A stretch of 64,000 nt of DNA from assembly GCA_002269645.1 (NCBI GenBank), contig NIVC01001274.1, positions 186,001-250,000 of the forward strand. Direction: 5' to 3'. Below the pieces are notes generated by a model. That model ran no database searches and was not told where the DNA came from. It worked only from the letters and a program-made list of their open reading frames with translations. Numbering within the stretch: the first letter of the stretch is position 1; the number at the start of each line of letters is the position of its first letter. The translations under genes were made by a program, and so were the position numbers. Shown piece by piece: positions 36,701 to 49,318 of the stretch. This stretch comes from Macrostomum lignano (Eukaryota).

Positions 36701-39700
36701 ATGATACACAACCTAAATAAAACAAGTTAATACTTATAATATTATTCATACCTAGCATGACATTTAAATTGGAAGTGAGATAAATTGAATTTATTAATTA
36801 AGTGAGTTAAATTGAAAGTGGATATATTGTGACATCTGAATACAATACTTCCATGGGTGACCATCTAACTGCTGCCCCCCCCCTTAACCAGAGATACTGT
36901 GCCGCCATTGAATTTCTATATATTAACAGAAAAACTGATTAAAACAATTTAGGCCCTATATGCCTCTCTGAAAGAATATAAGATGAGTAATTTCTTAAAA
37001 ACATAAATATCTATAAGTTCTGTAGCAAAAATATTAATGCAGTATATGTTTTTGAAGCATAGGGCTATAATTATAAATAGACTGACATCAGTCATATAAA
37101 AATATATAGGTTTACCAGTAAAATGATTAATAAGAATAGAATACTTAAAGTTAAATACTTATATTAATAGGCCTATATTTTATAAATTATCTTAGTCTAA
37201 GCCTAGCTGGCTATACCCTAAAGTATAGTCTTATTAAATCTTATTAAAGTATAGATTAGATAATCCAAATTATTTAAAATTTCTAAAAAAATTTTAACTC
37301 AAAACAATCCAATACTATTTATAGATAGTCAATAATAGATAGAAGAGATAGCTTATAGGTTTACCAAGAATACCAACTAATGCCAATGGTAATGATATAT
37401 ACAATAGTTAGCTAGGCCCTATACCTAGATAATGTAGGTATAGGCCTATGCCTAATAGTTTAATAATGAAATACTGCAGGCCCCTATGCTGTAATAACAA
37501 ATAGCTACATTATATTTTATCATCACCAGGGTAGTAGCAGTGGGCCCCGACTAGCAAATGTTGATAAATTTCCAAAAAGTATACTTGCATAGATGGCCTA
37601 TGCCTCCTATGGTCTACATACAAATTCTAATTTAAATTAGGTTAGGCTAGCTATGTATAAACGATACATTTCTAAACAGTACTAAGCTAGACGGAAATTA
37701 TGTATTGATAAAAAATGGGACAAAAACAAAAAACACTCTAAAAACTAAAAAGATCTGCATTCTATGATAAAAACATTTCAATGCCCTGCTAAATCTATAG
37801 TATACGCTAAGGGAAATTCAGCCTCCAAAAAAAATTACACGAATCGTGCGTGTTGCGTCCTATATAAACGACAATTAAGCAGTCCGTGTGATGGTGCAGG
37901 CTGCCAGAAATATTGCAGAATTTTTTCTGCTTCACAACACTATAGCCGAGACATTCTTCAATTAACGACGATCGCACGCTAAAATTCTTTTTATGAAAGC
38001 AAAAGTTGGCACTTATACTAACTGAAAAGTAGAGTGAGCAGTATATGCTCGTAACAACTTCGAAAAAACAATTTAAAGTTAAAAATCTTATTTTTTGTTG
38101 TTGCGAAACTTTAGTCTATCCTCGTACTCAGCAACATGTTAAAATTTCCAGCTCGAAACCAGTTGTCAACTTTTCTCGGATCTCAGTCTTAAGTGACGCA
38201 ATTCACAACACGCCTGCGGTTCTCGTCTCAAAGCTGTGGGTGATGCAGCTTAGGCTGGTGACGGGACGGTGGAGAGTTGTGGCTAGAGCTGCATTACAGA
38301 TGCCACTTGTTGACCTCTGGTTTCGTGAAAACGTTAACATGATATCTGCGTATTTGAGGGTGGTTCAGCTATAGGAAATTTCTGAGTCTTCTCCTGCAGT
38401 AGATTGGGTGAATGAGCGATCCATGCAATGAATGAACTGACTGTAAATGAATTTCAGGTCGACTCGGAGAGGAGGGCACAGGAGGCTCCAACTCGTTCGG
38501 GACTGATGATGTAAGTTCTACAGATTTGTCGATTCGAATTAATTGTTTGCTGAAATTTAATACAGTTGACGTCTCACACTAGAAGACATTGACTTGTTGA
38601 TTCTTAGCAGATCTTGTCTATCTTCTTGGTTGCTGCGCAAGTACTTGCAAGAACGTGCAAGATCTTCGCTATAATAATACTTAGGTAAACTTACCAGATC
38701 TGGGCGACTTGCTACATCGTACAATATCTTAGCTTTAATATCTTTTTATAGCTTCGAATCGCATATTTTCTTAAATTTATTGTCCCTTTTTGTCATACTT
38801 CTAAAATAAATATAGAACACTTTAGCCAAATGAATAACAAACAAATGTACCTCCCATCTTTAGAAGATCCTGCAAGAACCGAGCAGATTGAGAAGATCTG
38901 CTAAGAATGGCACAGAGACAAGATCTGCTAAGTTTGAGAAACAGAATGTCCTCTAGGGCAGCAATGGCAAATAATTAGCTAACAAAGCAGATGGACACTG
39001 CAACAGCGCTCTTTTAAATTTCACTTAAGGTCGACTTTTGCTGCAATTTGCAGCTAAGAGAAGCTTTTAGATCATTATAACAAAACAATTTGACAATTAT
39101 CTTCCGAAATATTCACAATTGCAAGTAAAGCCTGCATCAGTATGCGATGTGTTTTCCCGGATTTTCATTTACACTGTAAAGGCTTGTCCAGCTAACTTGT
39201 TTAGAAATGCTATGGAATACGTACGTTATTCTAATGGCCTTAGTGTATTGTGAAGACTTCTTTCCCAGACGGTTCTGTTTTTAGAGCACAGCTATATGTC
39301 GCAGCTTGTGCTGTTTATCTTTATACGTACATACATAGAAACTTTTCAGGTTGAGTTATATAGAGATTTCCGATTTTTAATTGAAATACATCTGTGCTTC
39401 TTAGTCTGCGCTGGCACAGTTGAAAGTCTTTCCTTCCTTTTCAATCTGGAGCCTTCTAGTAGCGTAGGTAGTGCTGCCACCAGTCCCTTCGAGTCTCAGC
39501 CTTAATTCGGTGAGGTTAGGGTCGCGTCGGAACGAAATAAACAAGACGAGCGAACACAGCACTTCAGGCGGATTTGCGATTTCAGACTATAGTCAGCAGA
39601 TCCTATTGGGCTCAGTGGGTCAGCTGGGAAGACGGTGTTAGTCTCTTTAACTTACTTCTTAACTTAGCTGCAGGGCTGTCCCGGAGGGGACACAGCGGGA

Positions 39701-42700
39701 AGGCGCGGGCGCCCATTCCGCTAGTCCCTGAACGGCCGACGCGTCGCTATGGACGGAGGGTTGGCGCCGCCCAGGGAGGTCCCCCAGTGTCGCCAGCAGC
39801 TATGGTGCTCTCTGGAAAGGAGAGTTCAGCCCTGCGGGTGGCCCGAAGGTAGCGCATGAGCTGATTAAAGTTTTCGGGTTTGCACGCTTCAGTAATAGAT
39901 GTGTGTGGCCCGAGGTAAGTGAGTCTGGCCCGCGTGAAGGCGGGACAGATGCTGACGAAATGCTCAGCGGTTTCGTCACCTGAGTTGCAGAAACTACAGG
40001 TGGCGTTGGTGGCGTTGCCCTGCAGGTACTGGTGCCTGGAGAAGCAGCCGTGACCAGAGAGGGTCATGGTGGCAGCCCGGATGTCTCTGCGCGAGAGGCG
40101 CAAGAGGAGCTTCCGGAGCTGGTGAGAGGGCTGAGGGACAGCGCCTCTGGATTGCCTGCAGTTCGTGCGGTTCGCCCAAGTCGAGCGGTGCTGAGTCCTG
40201 ATCCACGCTTTGATGCGCGAGTCGATGACACAGCCAGGAATCGGGACAAGAGGTTCGGGGCCGAGAGAGGAGCCGGAGGCACCAACTTTTGCAAGGGTGT
40301 CAGCCAACTCATTTCCTCGGATCCCCACATGCCCCGGAACCCACTTAAGGGTAATTTTGTTGGCGGAACCCAACACATTGAGGAGTTTGATACAGTCAAG
40401 GACTGTAGCAGAGTTGGTGCTGCAGCCACTGATGGCGTGCAAGGCAGCTTGGCTGTCCGAATGGAAAATGATGTTCTTACCAGTAACGCCAGTGGCGAGA
40501 AGCTCTGCAGTGCAGGAGCTGATGGCCAGAACTTCATTTTGGAAAACACTGGAGTTGACCCCAGTGTATTGAGCGTGGGTAGCGATGACCCTCCCGTTCA
40601 GAAAGATTCCAACACCAAAGCCGGTGTTGGCTGACTGCTTAGAACCGTCGGTGTAGCAATGAAGCTCACCAGGGTTCCAATGGTCATTGATGTTATCGCG
40701 CGAGTCGATAGCTACGGAGTAGCGCTGTCTCAGGTTGAGCGTTGAGGCAATGCCATCGGTGAAGACGCGATTGGCCTGACACTCGTTGAGAAAGTTGAGG
40801 CACAGATCGCTATGCGGGACAAGGTTCCGCTTAGCATGTGCTCTCATGTAAATGAATTTGACGCCGGCATCAATTAGACGCCGCGTCGTTCTAGCCGCCT
40901 CACCCCTGATGAAGAGGTCAAGAGGCGGAAGATTAAGAAAGGCCCCCATGCCAGCAAAGGGCGTGGACCTGGTGGCGTTGCAGATGAGCCTACACGCTCT
41001 GCCTTGGATCGTGTTGAGCAGGTCTGCATGGCTTTTGACCTGGGTAGCGCTAACCCAGACAACAGAGGCGTACGTAATGGCAGGTCTAACTACGGAAGTA
41101 TAGATCCACCAAAGCCGCTTTGGGGATAGACCCCAAGAAGTGCCAAGTGCTCGTCGGAGCTGGGCCAGGATGGCTGAGGCACGCTTAGCTTTTGCTTTCA
41201 CGTGGAAGGACCAGTTGAGCCGGTGGTCAAGTGTGACCCCGAGACATCTGGTCTGGTGCGCGAAGGCAATATCTCTGCCGTAGAGCTGCAGAGGACGTAT
41301 GTTCCAGCGTAGTCTGCTGGTAAACATAATGGCAACGGTTTTGGGCTCAGAGAGTTCCAAACCATTGTCATTGGCCCAGGATTCTGCTTTGCGGATAAAG
41401 CTCTGCATCAGATCCCTGAGCGTGCTGGGAGACGGTCCTGCCACAATGGCCGTGACGTCATCAGCATACCCGACTTTGAAGACGGGGTCAGGTCGGGAGT
41501 CACTCAGAAGAGCGTCCATGACCAGGTTCCAGAGCGTCGGGGTGAGGACTCCGCCTTGGGGTCCACCCTTACAGACTCTGGTGGAGGCAGTTTGCCCAAG
41601 AAGTTGGGCAGTGACCGTACGGTTGGAGATCATGTACATGATCCACCGTATGAGGGTAGCATGAGCTTTGCGATTTTGAAGGGCCCTCTGAAACGCTTCA
41701 AAGATAACGTTGTCGAAGGCGCCAACAATGTCAAGAAAGAGAGCCAGGGCGTAACCGTCACCCAGTACCGCCCGTTCAATCTTTTCGACAATCGCATGCA
41801 GGGCGCTGTCAGTCGACCTCCCGGTACGGAAGGCGTGCTGATTATTGCTGAGGGGCATCGCTGTCAGCTCGCAGGAGAGCAGCCGCCAGAGAATAAGCCT
41901 CTCAGTGAGCTTAAGCATTGCTGACGTTAAGCTAATTGGCCGGAAGGCCTTGACGCTTTGGTAGTCACCCTTCCCAGGTTTGGGAATAAAGACTACTCGA
42001 GCTTCAGTCCAGCTTTTGGGAACGTATCCCAGCTGGATAGAGGCCCGCATAAGATTGCGGGTGAGTCTCAGGAACGAGGGTATCTTGGCTGCTTCACGAA
42101 GGAGAACAGGGTAGATACCATCAGGTCCAGGAGATTTGAAGGGTTTGAAGGTTCTGACCGCACGAGCGATTAGGTCTTCAGTGACAATGCCCGCCGCTAG
42201 GGTGGCTCCATCCATCGAATGGTTGGGCTCCGGTCTAGCAGTAGGTACCCTCGGGAAGAATGTGCTAAGCATATGCTGAAGCACTTCTTCAGGGTCTTTA
42301 GTAAGAGAGCCATCATCTTTTTTGATCATGGCTAATTTGGACATTTTGTCCATTGTAAGGGCCTTGACAAGCCTAGAAGTAGGTCTGTCTTGATCCAATT
42401 CATTGCAGAATTGGCGCCACTTACATTCCTTGGCCTTGCGCACTTCAGATTTGAAATTGCGGGAGGCTTGCCGGAAAAGCTCCATGTCCTCCGGGTTTCC
42501 GGTCTTCATGGCACGGCGATGAAGGCTTTTGGCCTTCCGCCTGAGTTTCCCCAGCTCCGGGTTCCACCACGGCGCCGAGGTCTTGCCTTTGTAGGCGCGA
42601 GCAGGACAAGCCGCTTCGTAGGCTTAATAATGCAACCTGTCAGCGTCTCAGCCATATGATCCACATCCTCGCAGGTCTCAATCGGACGTAAGTCCGTGAG

Positions 42701-45700
42701 TTCCTGCAGGTGCAGATCAAGGGCAGCCTTGTAGGCCGCCCAATCAGTGTTGCGGATATTGCGTCTCCAAGTGATCGGAGACTGGGTTTTAGTGTCCGCG
42801 ATATTAAAGGCGATAAAGCAGTGGTCAGACAGGGAGGGCTCCTCAGACCAGACTCTCCACTCCTTGACTCTGTCAAAGAGTCTTGGGGTAACGAGTGTGG
42901 CGTCGAGGACCTCGGTCCATCTGCCATTATTAAAGGTAGGAGTGCTGCCGTTGCAGAGCATGAGGTTTGTGTTAGAGATGAGGGCCAGAAGCTCCTCTCC
43001 TCTAGTGTTGGTATCTTTGCTGCCCCAGTGCTTGTGGTGCGCGTTGAGGTCGCCCCCTAAGCACAGCTCAGCGTTCTGGGACTCGCAGTACTGCGCAAGG
43101 CGCAGTAAACTCTCGGGAGCAGGGTCTCTGTCGCCTGGGATATAAACCGAGGCAACAAGACACGTACGCGGAGAGAAATGATTAGATTGGATGACGCAAA
43201 GGTCTCCATCAGAGAGATCAGTCCTCAGCCAAGCCTGGAGATGGCTAGCAGCGAGGATAGCCGCTCTAGGGCGGCTGTTCCCCGGGCCACACACATAAAA
43301 ATCAGAGTAGCCAGAGGGAATGTTGGGCAACTTACCGTTGCGCATCCAGGGTTCCTGGATCAGGATGAGGCCTGGCCTGTACAGCTCAGCAATCTTCATC
43401 AGATTTACTGACGCAGATACGCAATGCTGTAAATTTATTTGCAGACAGAATGTCGCTCCTTTGGCAGCGTGGAGCTTAGTCATACTGTATTAAATGCAAT
43501 ATCTGGCTAGAGCCCAGGGCCATCAAGGAGACTTGGACAACAGATCGTCCTCGTCCCAGGCCGCTGGGGCTTGACTGGGAGATGGGAGTTGGTCGACGTC
43601 CATGGCCTCCTCACCCCCACCGGCCCCCCAGCAGAGTCCTCAGGCTCCGATGACAGGATGGAGGAAGCTTCCTCACCTGCATCTTTACCTTCAGACCCCA
43701 CCAAGGTGGCCGAGGAGAGCTCGGATTCCGAAGACCCGGCCTCGTCCTCAACTCCTTCTCCGACTGGCAGGTTTGGTTCCCGGGGCTCGGCCGGAGCCGT
43801 TACCGCGGTCGCCGAACTGCTGCTAGCAGAGGGGCGAGATGCAGCTTTGGCTTTGGGATCGGCTTGCGCCTTTCCTTGGGCCTTAGACTGCGCCCCGCTC
43901 TTGCCGGAGATGCCGGGGTTGGCAGTAGCCTTCCCTTTGGCAGACTTTCCTCGGCGCAACTTGAGCTTGAGGGCACCCAGCTGGAAAGAGGATCCATTAG
44001 GGTACCGACTCGCCCAAGTGCTGGAAAGGCCGAGGACAATTGAGTTGCCCGTCTCCCCCCTGCGGACTTTGCGGTGATACACCAGTCCACTAGCAGGGAG
44101 GTCGGGGTTCAGACGCAGTAGGACCCGGCGAATAACGTCTGGTCCAGCTGCGGTGCTCTTAGCAGGGACGAAAACCACATAGGGTATCGTCTTTGGACGC
44201 TGGCCCTCGCGAAGAAAAGAGCTCCACCAAGGTCAGCATCCAAGGAGACCGTCGGTAGCCGCTGGAGCAGCCGCCGAGCGTCCTCCTCGCTGCTAGGAGC
44301 AATAAGAACGAATGTGCTTCGCAGCACCATCCGCTCAACGCCGATGGAGATTCCCTCCTCGACAGTCAGCTCAATCAGATAGGAGTCAACAGCACTCCAC
44401 ACTTTTTGAAGCTGATCAGTGGTCCAGTCCTGGTCGCGACCTTGGATGATCACTCCCGGGATTTTGGCCTTGGCCTTCGCCGCAAAGGTAGCTCCCGAAG
44501 GAACCTCCTTGTTGGCAGTGGCCATTTGTTGCGCCGTGGTTTCGGCCTCAGCAGCCGCGGCAGCAGCTCCAGGGAGCGCCGCCGCTGAACTACTGGAGCT
44601 TCACCGGCCGGCCCGCCTGGTTGCCTTGGGACTCCAGTCGCTTCAGCATCCATGGTGGACGCCGCCGCTTTGGCCCCCGCAGCTCCCTTCTTGGCCTGCC
44701 TTTTGGCGCGTTGTTTAGCGCGTTTGCGCTCAAGCCGAGCCCGCTGAGCTTCATCGGATCTGCCAGATTTGGCCGGTCCTTTAGGCTCAGAGCTCGCGGT
44801 TCCCTTAGATCCACCAGCGGAGCTGGCAGGTCTTAGGGTATTTTGAGTTTGGTAGCTCTGGTCGGATCTGCCAGCAGAGCCAGCCGGTCCTTCCTTTGCC
44901 ACAGTTGAATCAGTCGGTTGGGATCTGCCAGCAGGGCCGGCCGGTCCTTCGGACTGAGGTTGGGGTTTAGAAGGGTCCCCGTCCCTAGAAATAGCTTGTT
45001 TATCCATAGTCGGCTCGAAGGCCATGATAAAAGGTTGGTGGGCTACCCTCAAAGGGGCGCGGTACCCACCCGGCCGCTCCACCTGACCGGGCAGTAGGCC
45101 AATAGCACCCTCAAGGCTGGCCCGACACCAGGAGGGGGACCGCTTGCGACCGGACTACTCCCCGGCCTTCCAGCCCATCGGCACGGTCAACACCTTAGGC
45201 ATTAGAGAGTACGTTGAGCAGTACCACGGCCTGCAGGTTGGCGAGCCAGACCCGCATACCCAAATTCGGCCGAAGCCACTGGATAGGGTCGCCAGCGCCG
45301 GAGCCCAGTCTGTCCAGCAGCCCTAGGGACTGCCTTGAACACACGCGGGGACGAGTACCCTGGGTCGACTTGCGAGACAGCGTGGGGGGGGTCTGCGGCT
45401 GCCAGAGGCAAATAGAGGGTGCAGACCTCCCACCAGCCTTGACCTGCTGAAGATAGGGGCAGGCGTGAAGCATCGCAGACCTTAGCCCATGGGCCTAGTC
45501 TGTCTCATACTTCACTGGCATGCTGAATACGCCTTCGCGTGCGGTGTTAGTCTCACAGCAGACCCAGTGGTCTGGGTTTAGGATGAGAACTGAGTCAGAA
45601 AAATGAGAGAAATTTGAGGAACTGCAGAATTCAGAAACTGTGTCTACTGGAGAGATAACAAGACAAAAATCCTTGACGGAAACAACTCCAAAGGGTTCGT

Positions 45701-46687
45701 ATTTATAGGCAAGAAACTAACTACTGCAACATCGCACGCAAGACCCCCGATGCGCTAGAACGAGTGACGCTGTTTAGCAACTGACGCAAAGGTTAGCCTT
45801 AGAGAAGGCAGGGGTCCCGGAGCGCGTAATTTTCGCCAAAAGTACGGACTAATTGTGCAGTGAGATCGAATTCACTGTACTTTGGACTGCTGAAGAACCA
45901 GAGATTTTCATGTGACTGGCTCACCAGTGAAGCCGCTAACACTAATGACGCTAGACAAGAAAACAAGGCAGCCACTAGTGCATCCGCTAGTGACCGCTGC
46001 ATAAAGAGCGAACCAAGAGCAGGCTAGGCCAAGCTGCCCAGCGGCTGCAAAAAGAACACAGGTGGTGGGGGGACAAGCAGCCAAAGCAGAAAGCCGCAGA
46101 GGACAGTTCAGAGCGAAAGTGAGGGAAACTGCTGACTAGAGTGAGACATCAGACAGTAATCCTTAGTGGCTCACTACATAATCTTAGAGTCCTTCTCCTT
46201 GAGTTCTACAGAAGGCAAATGGCTTCCAAAATATACTCAACATCGCTTGCAGCCAGAGCAAACTGGCACCGGTGGCGCCGACGGACAGCCGGGTAGCAAC
46301 GACCAAAGCACTGCGGCTGAAGATAGAAACCCTGGAGGCTGCGGAGCCGGCTGGCTTGGCAAGCCTACCGCCGCCCGCACAAGCACCGAATACGGAGACA
46401 GAGGCGGCAGTCGCGCCGACGGCTGGGTCGGCGGCCGCGCCGGAGACACGAGTCCCGCCGACGGCGGCTTTGGCGGTGGCGGAGGCGGAGGCGCGGCCAC
46501 CATAAAAGGAGCGGCCGGAGCCGGCGGAGGCTACAGCGGCGGCGGAGCCGGGGCTCGCAGCGACCACGCCGGAGGAGGCGGCGGCTCCTTCTGCGGCGGC
46601 AGCGGCTGCGTGGCCACAACGGGTGGCAACACGGACAGCGAGCACGGCTTCGTGCTGCTGCAAATGATCGGCAGCGGCTGCGCCTAG
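33796..46687 (+). CDS. Gene C: secreted PAN/Apple + ALK/LTK-type glycine-rich domain protein, 402 aa, 5 exons with 3.4-kb and 7.7-kb introns
   Basis: Exons 33796-33859 (MRQSKTLLLFAIGFCCVMVSE-G), 34233-34559 (PAN), 34748-35077, 38458-38510 (GRLGEEGTGGSNSFGTDD, same 53-nt size and phase as paralog exon 4), 46253-46687 (ends ...GGNTDSEHGFVLLQMIGSGCA*). All GT-AG, total 1209 nt. Confidence 0.82.
36040..36420 (-). pseudogene. Highly decayed non-LTR RT remnant in intron 3 of gene C
   Basis: IVCIDFCKAFNFISQVAIVMLLLQHGV (IDFxKAFD-like) and, in another frame, FLFVILIDYM. Confidence 0.5.
39747..43483 (-). CDS. LINE ORF2: AP endonuclease + reverse transcriptase + RNase H + CCHC; one -1 frameshift near 42623
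   Basis: APE: LQINLQH, IQEPW, GGDLNAHH, SDH (42506-43483). RT: KSPGPDG, FRPISL, QGGVLTPTLWN, GYADD. RNase H: YTDGSK, FQNEVLAI, SDSQAAL, WVPGH.G.RGNELAD. C-terminal CSFC...H...C. Adding one base at AAG-CC restores KAYEAACP...PWWNPEL in frame with 39747-42509. Confidence 0.92.
43507..45082 (-). CDS. LINE ORF1 (Gag-like), split into three overlapping ORFs by frameshifts
   Basis: Consecutive minus-strand ORFs 44450-45082, 44109-44525 and 43507-44178 upstream of the APE; low-complexity basic N-terminal part and globular central region. Confidence 0.7.
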
Positions 46688-46874
46688 TCGTCGGTTTTTT
46701 TACTTTTTAAGGGAAAAATGAAGGTCAAAAGAAGAACTTACTGTAATTTTAGAGGTTTCAGTGGTTTTAAGGATGCTCTGTTGTTTGTTTTCTTGGATAC
46801 AACGTTTATTATATCGAATGCACGTAGGTAGCTCGTAGTTAGACACTACTTATTTTTTCCACCCATTAAAAGTG

Positions 46875-47085
46875 CTGAGCTGGGATAAAGTAGCTCGACG
46901 GTGACTTGTTTGAGTTTCTGGTCGGACTGATGATCTGTGGGTTCAGTTTCGAGCAATGGCTACATTTACAACGATTCTAAATCCAGGGGCTAGCTTGTGG
47001 TGGGATTTCTGCCCATCAGGTCCATGAAGGACTACTCTCTAGGCACAGAGTAGCTACTTATCTCAATAATCCATACATTTTTTGT
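46875..47085 (+). mobile_element. Possible tRNA-derived SINE remnant
   Basis: A-box-like tagctcgacgg (~46890) and B-box-like gggttcagtttcg (~46939) at tRNA-like spacing; no cloverleaf. Confidence 0.3.
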
Positions 47086-49318
47086 ATCTCTAACTTTAAC
47101 TCCAATTCAACTCTATTAAAGCTTGCTTAATTGTTTACTTGACTATTGTACGAGCGTACTCTCTGGTTAAAGTTTTTTTTCAAAAGGCGGAGCAAGTTTT
47201 TGACACGTGAAAATCATAATTCAAGTTCACATTACCCTCTACCACAGTACCCATAGCTCCGCGGATTGAAGATTGCTCAGATGAATTGAACGATTGGCCT
47301 TGAGCCAACTACATGAACGCTCGTAGTTACATCGATTTGAGTAGTCTTCTACAAGCGGTTCTCTGGCCTAAATTAGATGAATTTTGCATTTGCACGCCTA
47401 CTTTTACTTTTAACTGGATGAATAATGTGCAGTTTTATCCAATGTTTAGCAATTATATTGTTTCATTTTGTTTTACTGTGTGACGGTGTCAAAATTCATT
47501 GATTTGTTATACTCGTATATACAATTGCATGCATATACGAGCCTATTTTGAAGAAAGTCGCGTCCTGAATATTGTTTGGATTACAACTTTTAGTTTTAAG
47601 TTTATACGAGTATATCAGTCGGTACAATGTTCGTTACAAGTCAGTCTGAATCTGTCTGAATTTATTTATTCAATCTTCTATTTAGCTTCTATAACTATCG
47701 CTTTAATTATTTATTCAAGTAGAGCAATTCCTTCGTGAAATATAAGAAAACTAAAAATTTTTTTCTGAAGTATTCTAGTAATCAGTTGTTGGAATACTAT
47801 ATTTAAACAGCTAATATTCAGACCTGGAATATTATTCCACCTAATTCTCAAATGCCTAGGCAACACTTTTTCCTGCGCTATTCTTCTGATAATTGTAGTT
47901 ATAGTGTTGGCTCACATTGCTCGACTTGACAACTGTATTTTGCCTTGCGAAAAGCAACAAAAATGTCAGCTTTTTTCTGAATCAATAAACTAATATCCGT
48001 TTAACACTTGGAAATCGATCGCTTTTGCTTCTAGCAATTAATAGCTGAATTTTTTAGAGAAATATCCATTTAGCGGCCGCGCAAAAGAACAGCATGCGGG
48101 ATATCAGATGTCCTGGAGAACTGAAGAAGTTTAGAAGTTACATGTACGAGGAGCCATAAGAGACGATGCTTAAAACTTAAAGGGCTTGCAAATTACATAC
48201 ATGAATGCAGTTCCACTGAAGCCGTTCATCCCTTGTTTTAGACTTACACTCAGAGTGAAATGCTGCTTTGATAAAATCCAAGCCATGCAAAGCCCTTGTA
48301 GCTTCTCCAGGCCAACTGTATGTAGACTCTGTTAGCCTCTTTATGTTTCTATTAGTTGCCAAGTGAACAAGAAAATTCTCACGATCAAACAAAAATGTCG
48401 GAGAAATCGATTCTTTACACGTCACGTACTTTGTGTTGTACAACCAAAGGCTTGGGCTTCCAGTTGTAAGCGCACAGTTGCTTTTTTATATTTTAGTCAC
48501 ACTACAAAAACTACTCGATCGATATTTCAGAGCCAGAGATGTCACGTGCTCAATTATGCATTATACAGATAATTTATCAACCTACTTTCATGAAAGTGGC
48601 AGGGACAAGAATAATATTAATACAGTTAGCATTTACGATATACCATACTTATAGTATAAATATCAGCGGAACAATATTATCGTTAAGTTAACCCTTCAAT
48701 TTACGATGCAACACTGTTTGAATTATTTTTCTTTACACCCAATTTTTTCTGGTCATACAAGCTACATGTGTACAGTCTGCATTGGAGCGTGACTGTATAT
48801 TAGAGGCCTTTATGGATATCGACGGATATTGCTTTCGCAGGCGGCATTAAAGTGAACCAACGTGCACTTCACCAATGCGAGGCTCACATAATGTGGCAGT
48901 ACCATTTTGCATGCAAACAAATTAAAACTATTGTTTACCATTTCAGTTATGATGCCAGAATAGCTCTCTACAATTCTCTATCGAGTGCTCAAATCAAATC
49001 AAACAAGTACGCAAATATTGCCATAAAAGCATACCTCTGAAAGCTTGGATTTATTTTCTCCAACAATTCAAGCTTTAGTTTGAGGAAAAGTCTTGGTCTT
49101 AAAAAGAGTCTTTCTGACTTGAAACGAGAATTAAGCATTGCACTAAATATGGAATGCTGTAAAGAATTTTACAGAAAGGTGCTTGTAGCAAGATTCGTAC
49201 TATTATTGCCTTGTTAAAAATATTGTTTAATTCAAACGAACAAAGAACAACTGCTCCTTTTTGCAAGCAAGCTTCAATTAGTTCAGTATGCTGTTAGAGA
49301 AGTGAGGCCTCCTTGGTC

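Larger units (their letters stand above)
39646..45541 (-). mobile_element. Full-length non-LTR retrotransposon (ORF1 + APE-RT-RNase H; LOA/R1/I-group-like)
   Basis: Exact 13-bp TSD CGGTGTTAGTCTC at 39633-45 and 45542-54; 5' UTR, ORF1, ORF2 and short taagtta-type 3' tail. Confidence 0.93.
39458..46178 (-). mobile_element. Gypsy solo LTR (~810 bp) split by the LINE insertion
   Basis: Minus strand starts TGTAGTGAGCC at 46178 and resumes beyond the LINE to ...tggtggcagcactacctacgctac at ~39458. Collinear motif similarity to the LTR at 4904-5838; no TSD detected. Confidence 0.7.

Noticed and set aside
36700-37800. Very AT-rich tract with recurring taggccta words (also 7900-9200)
   Set aside because: No defined period, termini or coding signal; probably decayed repeat.
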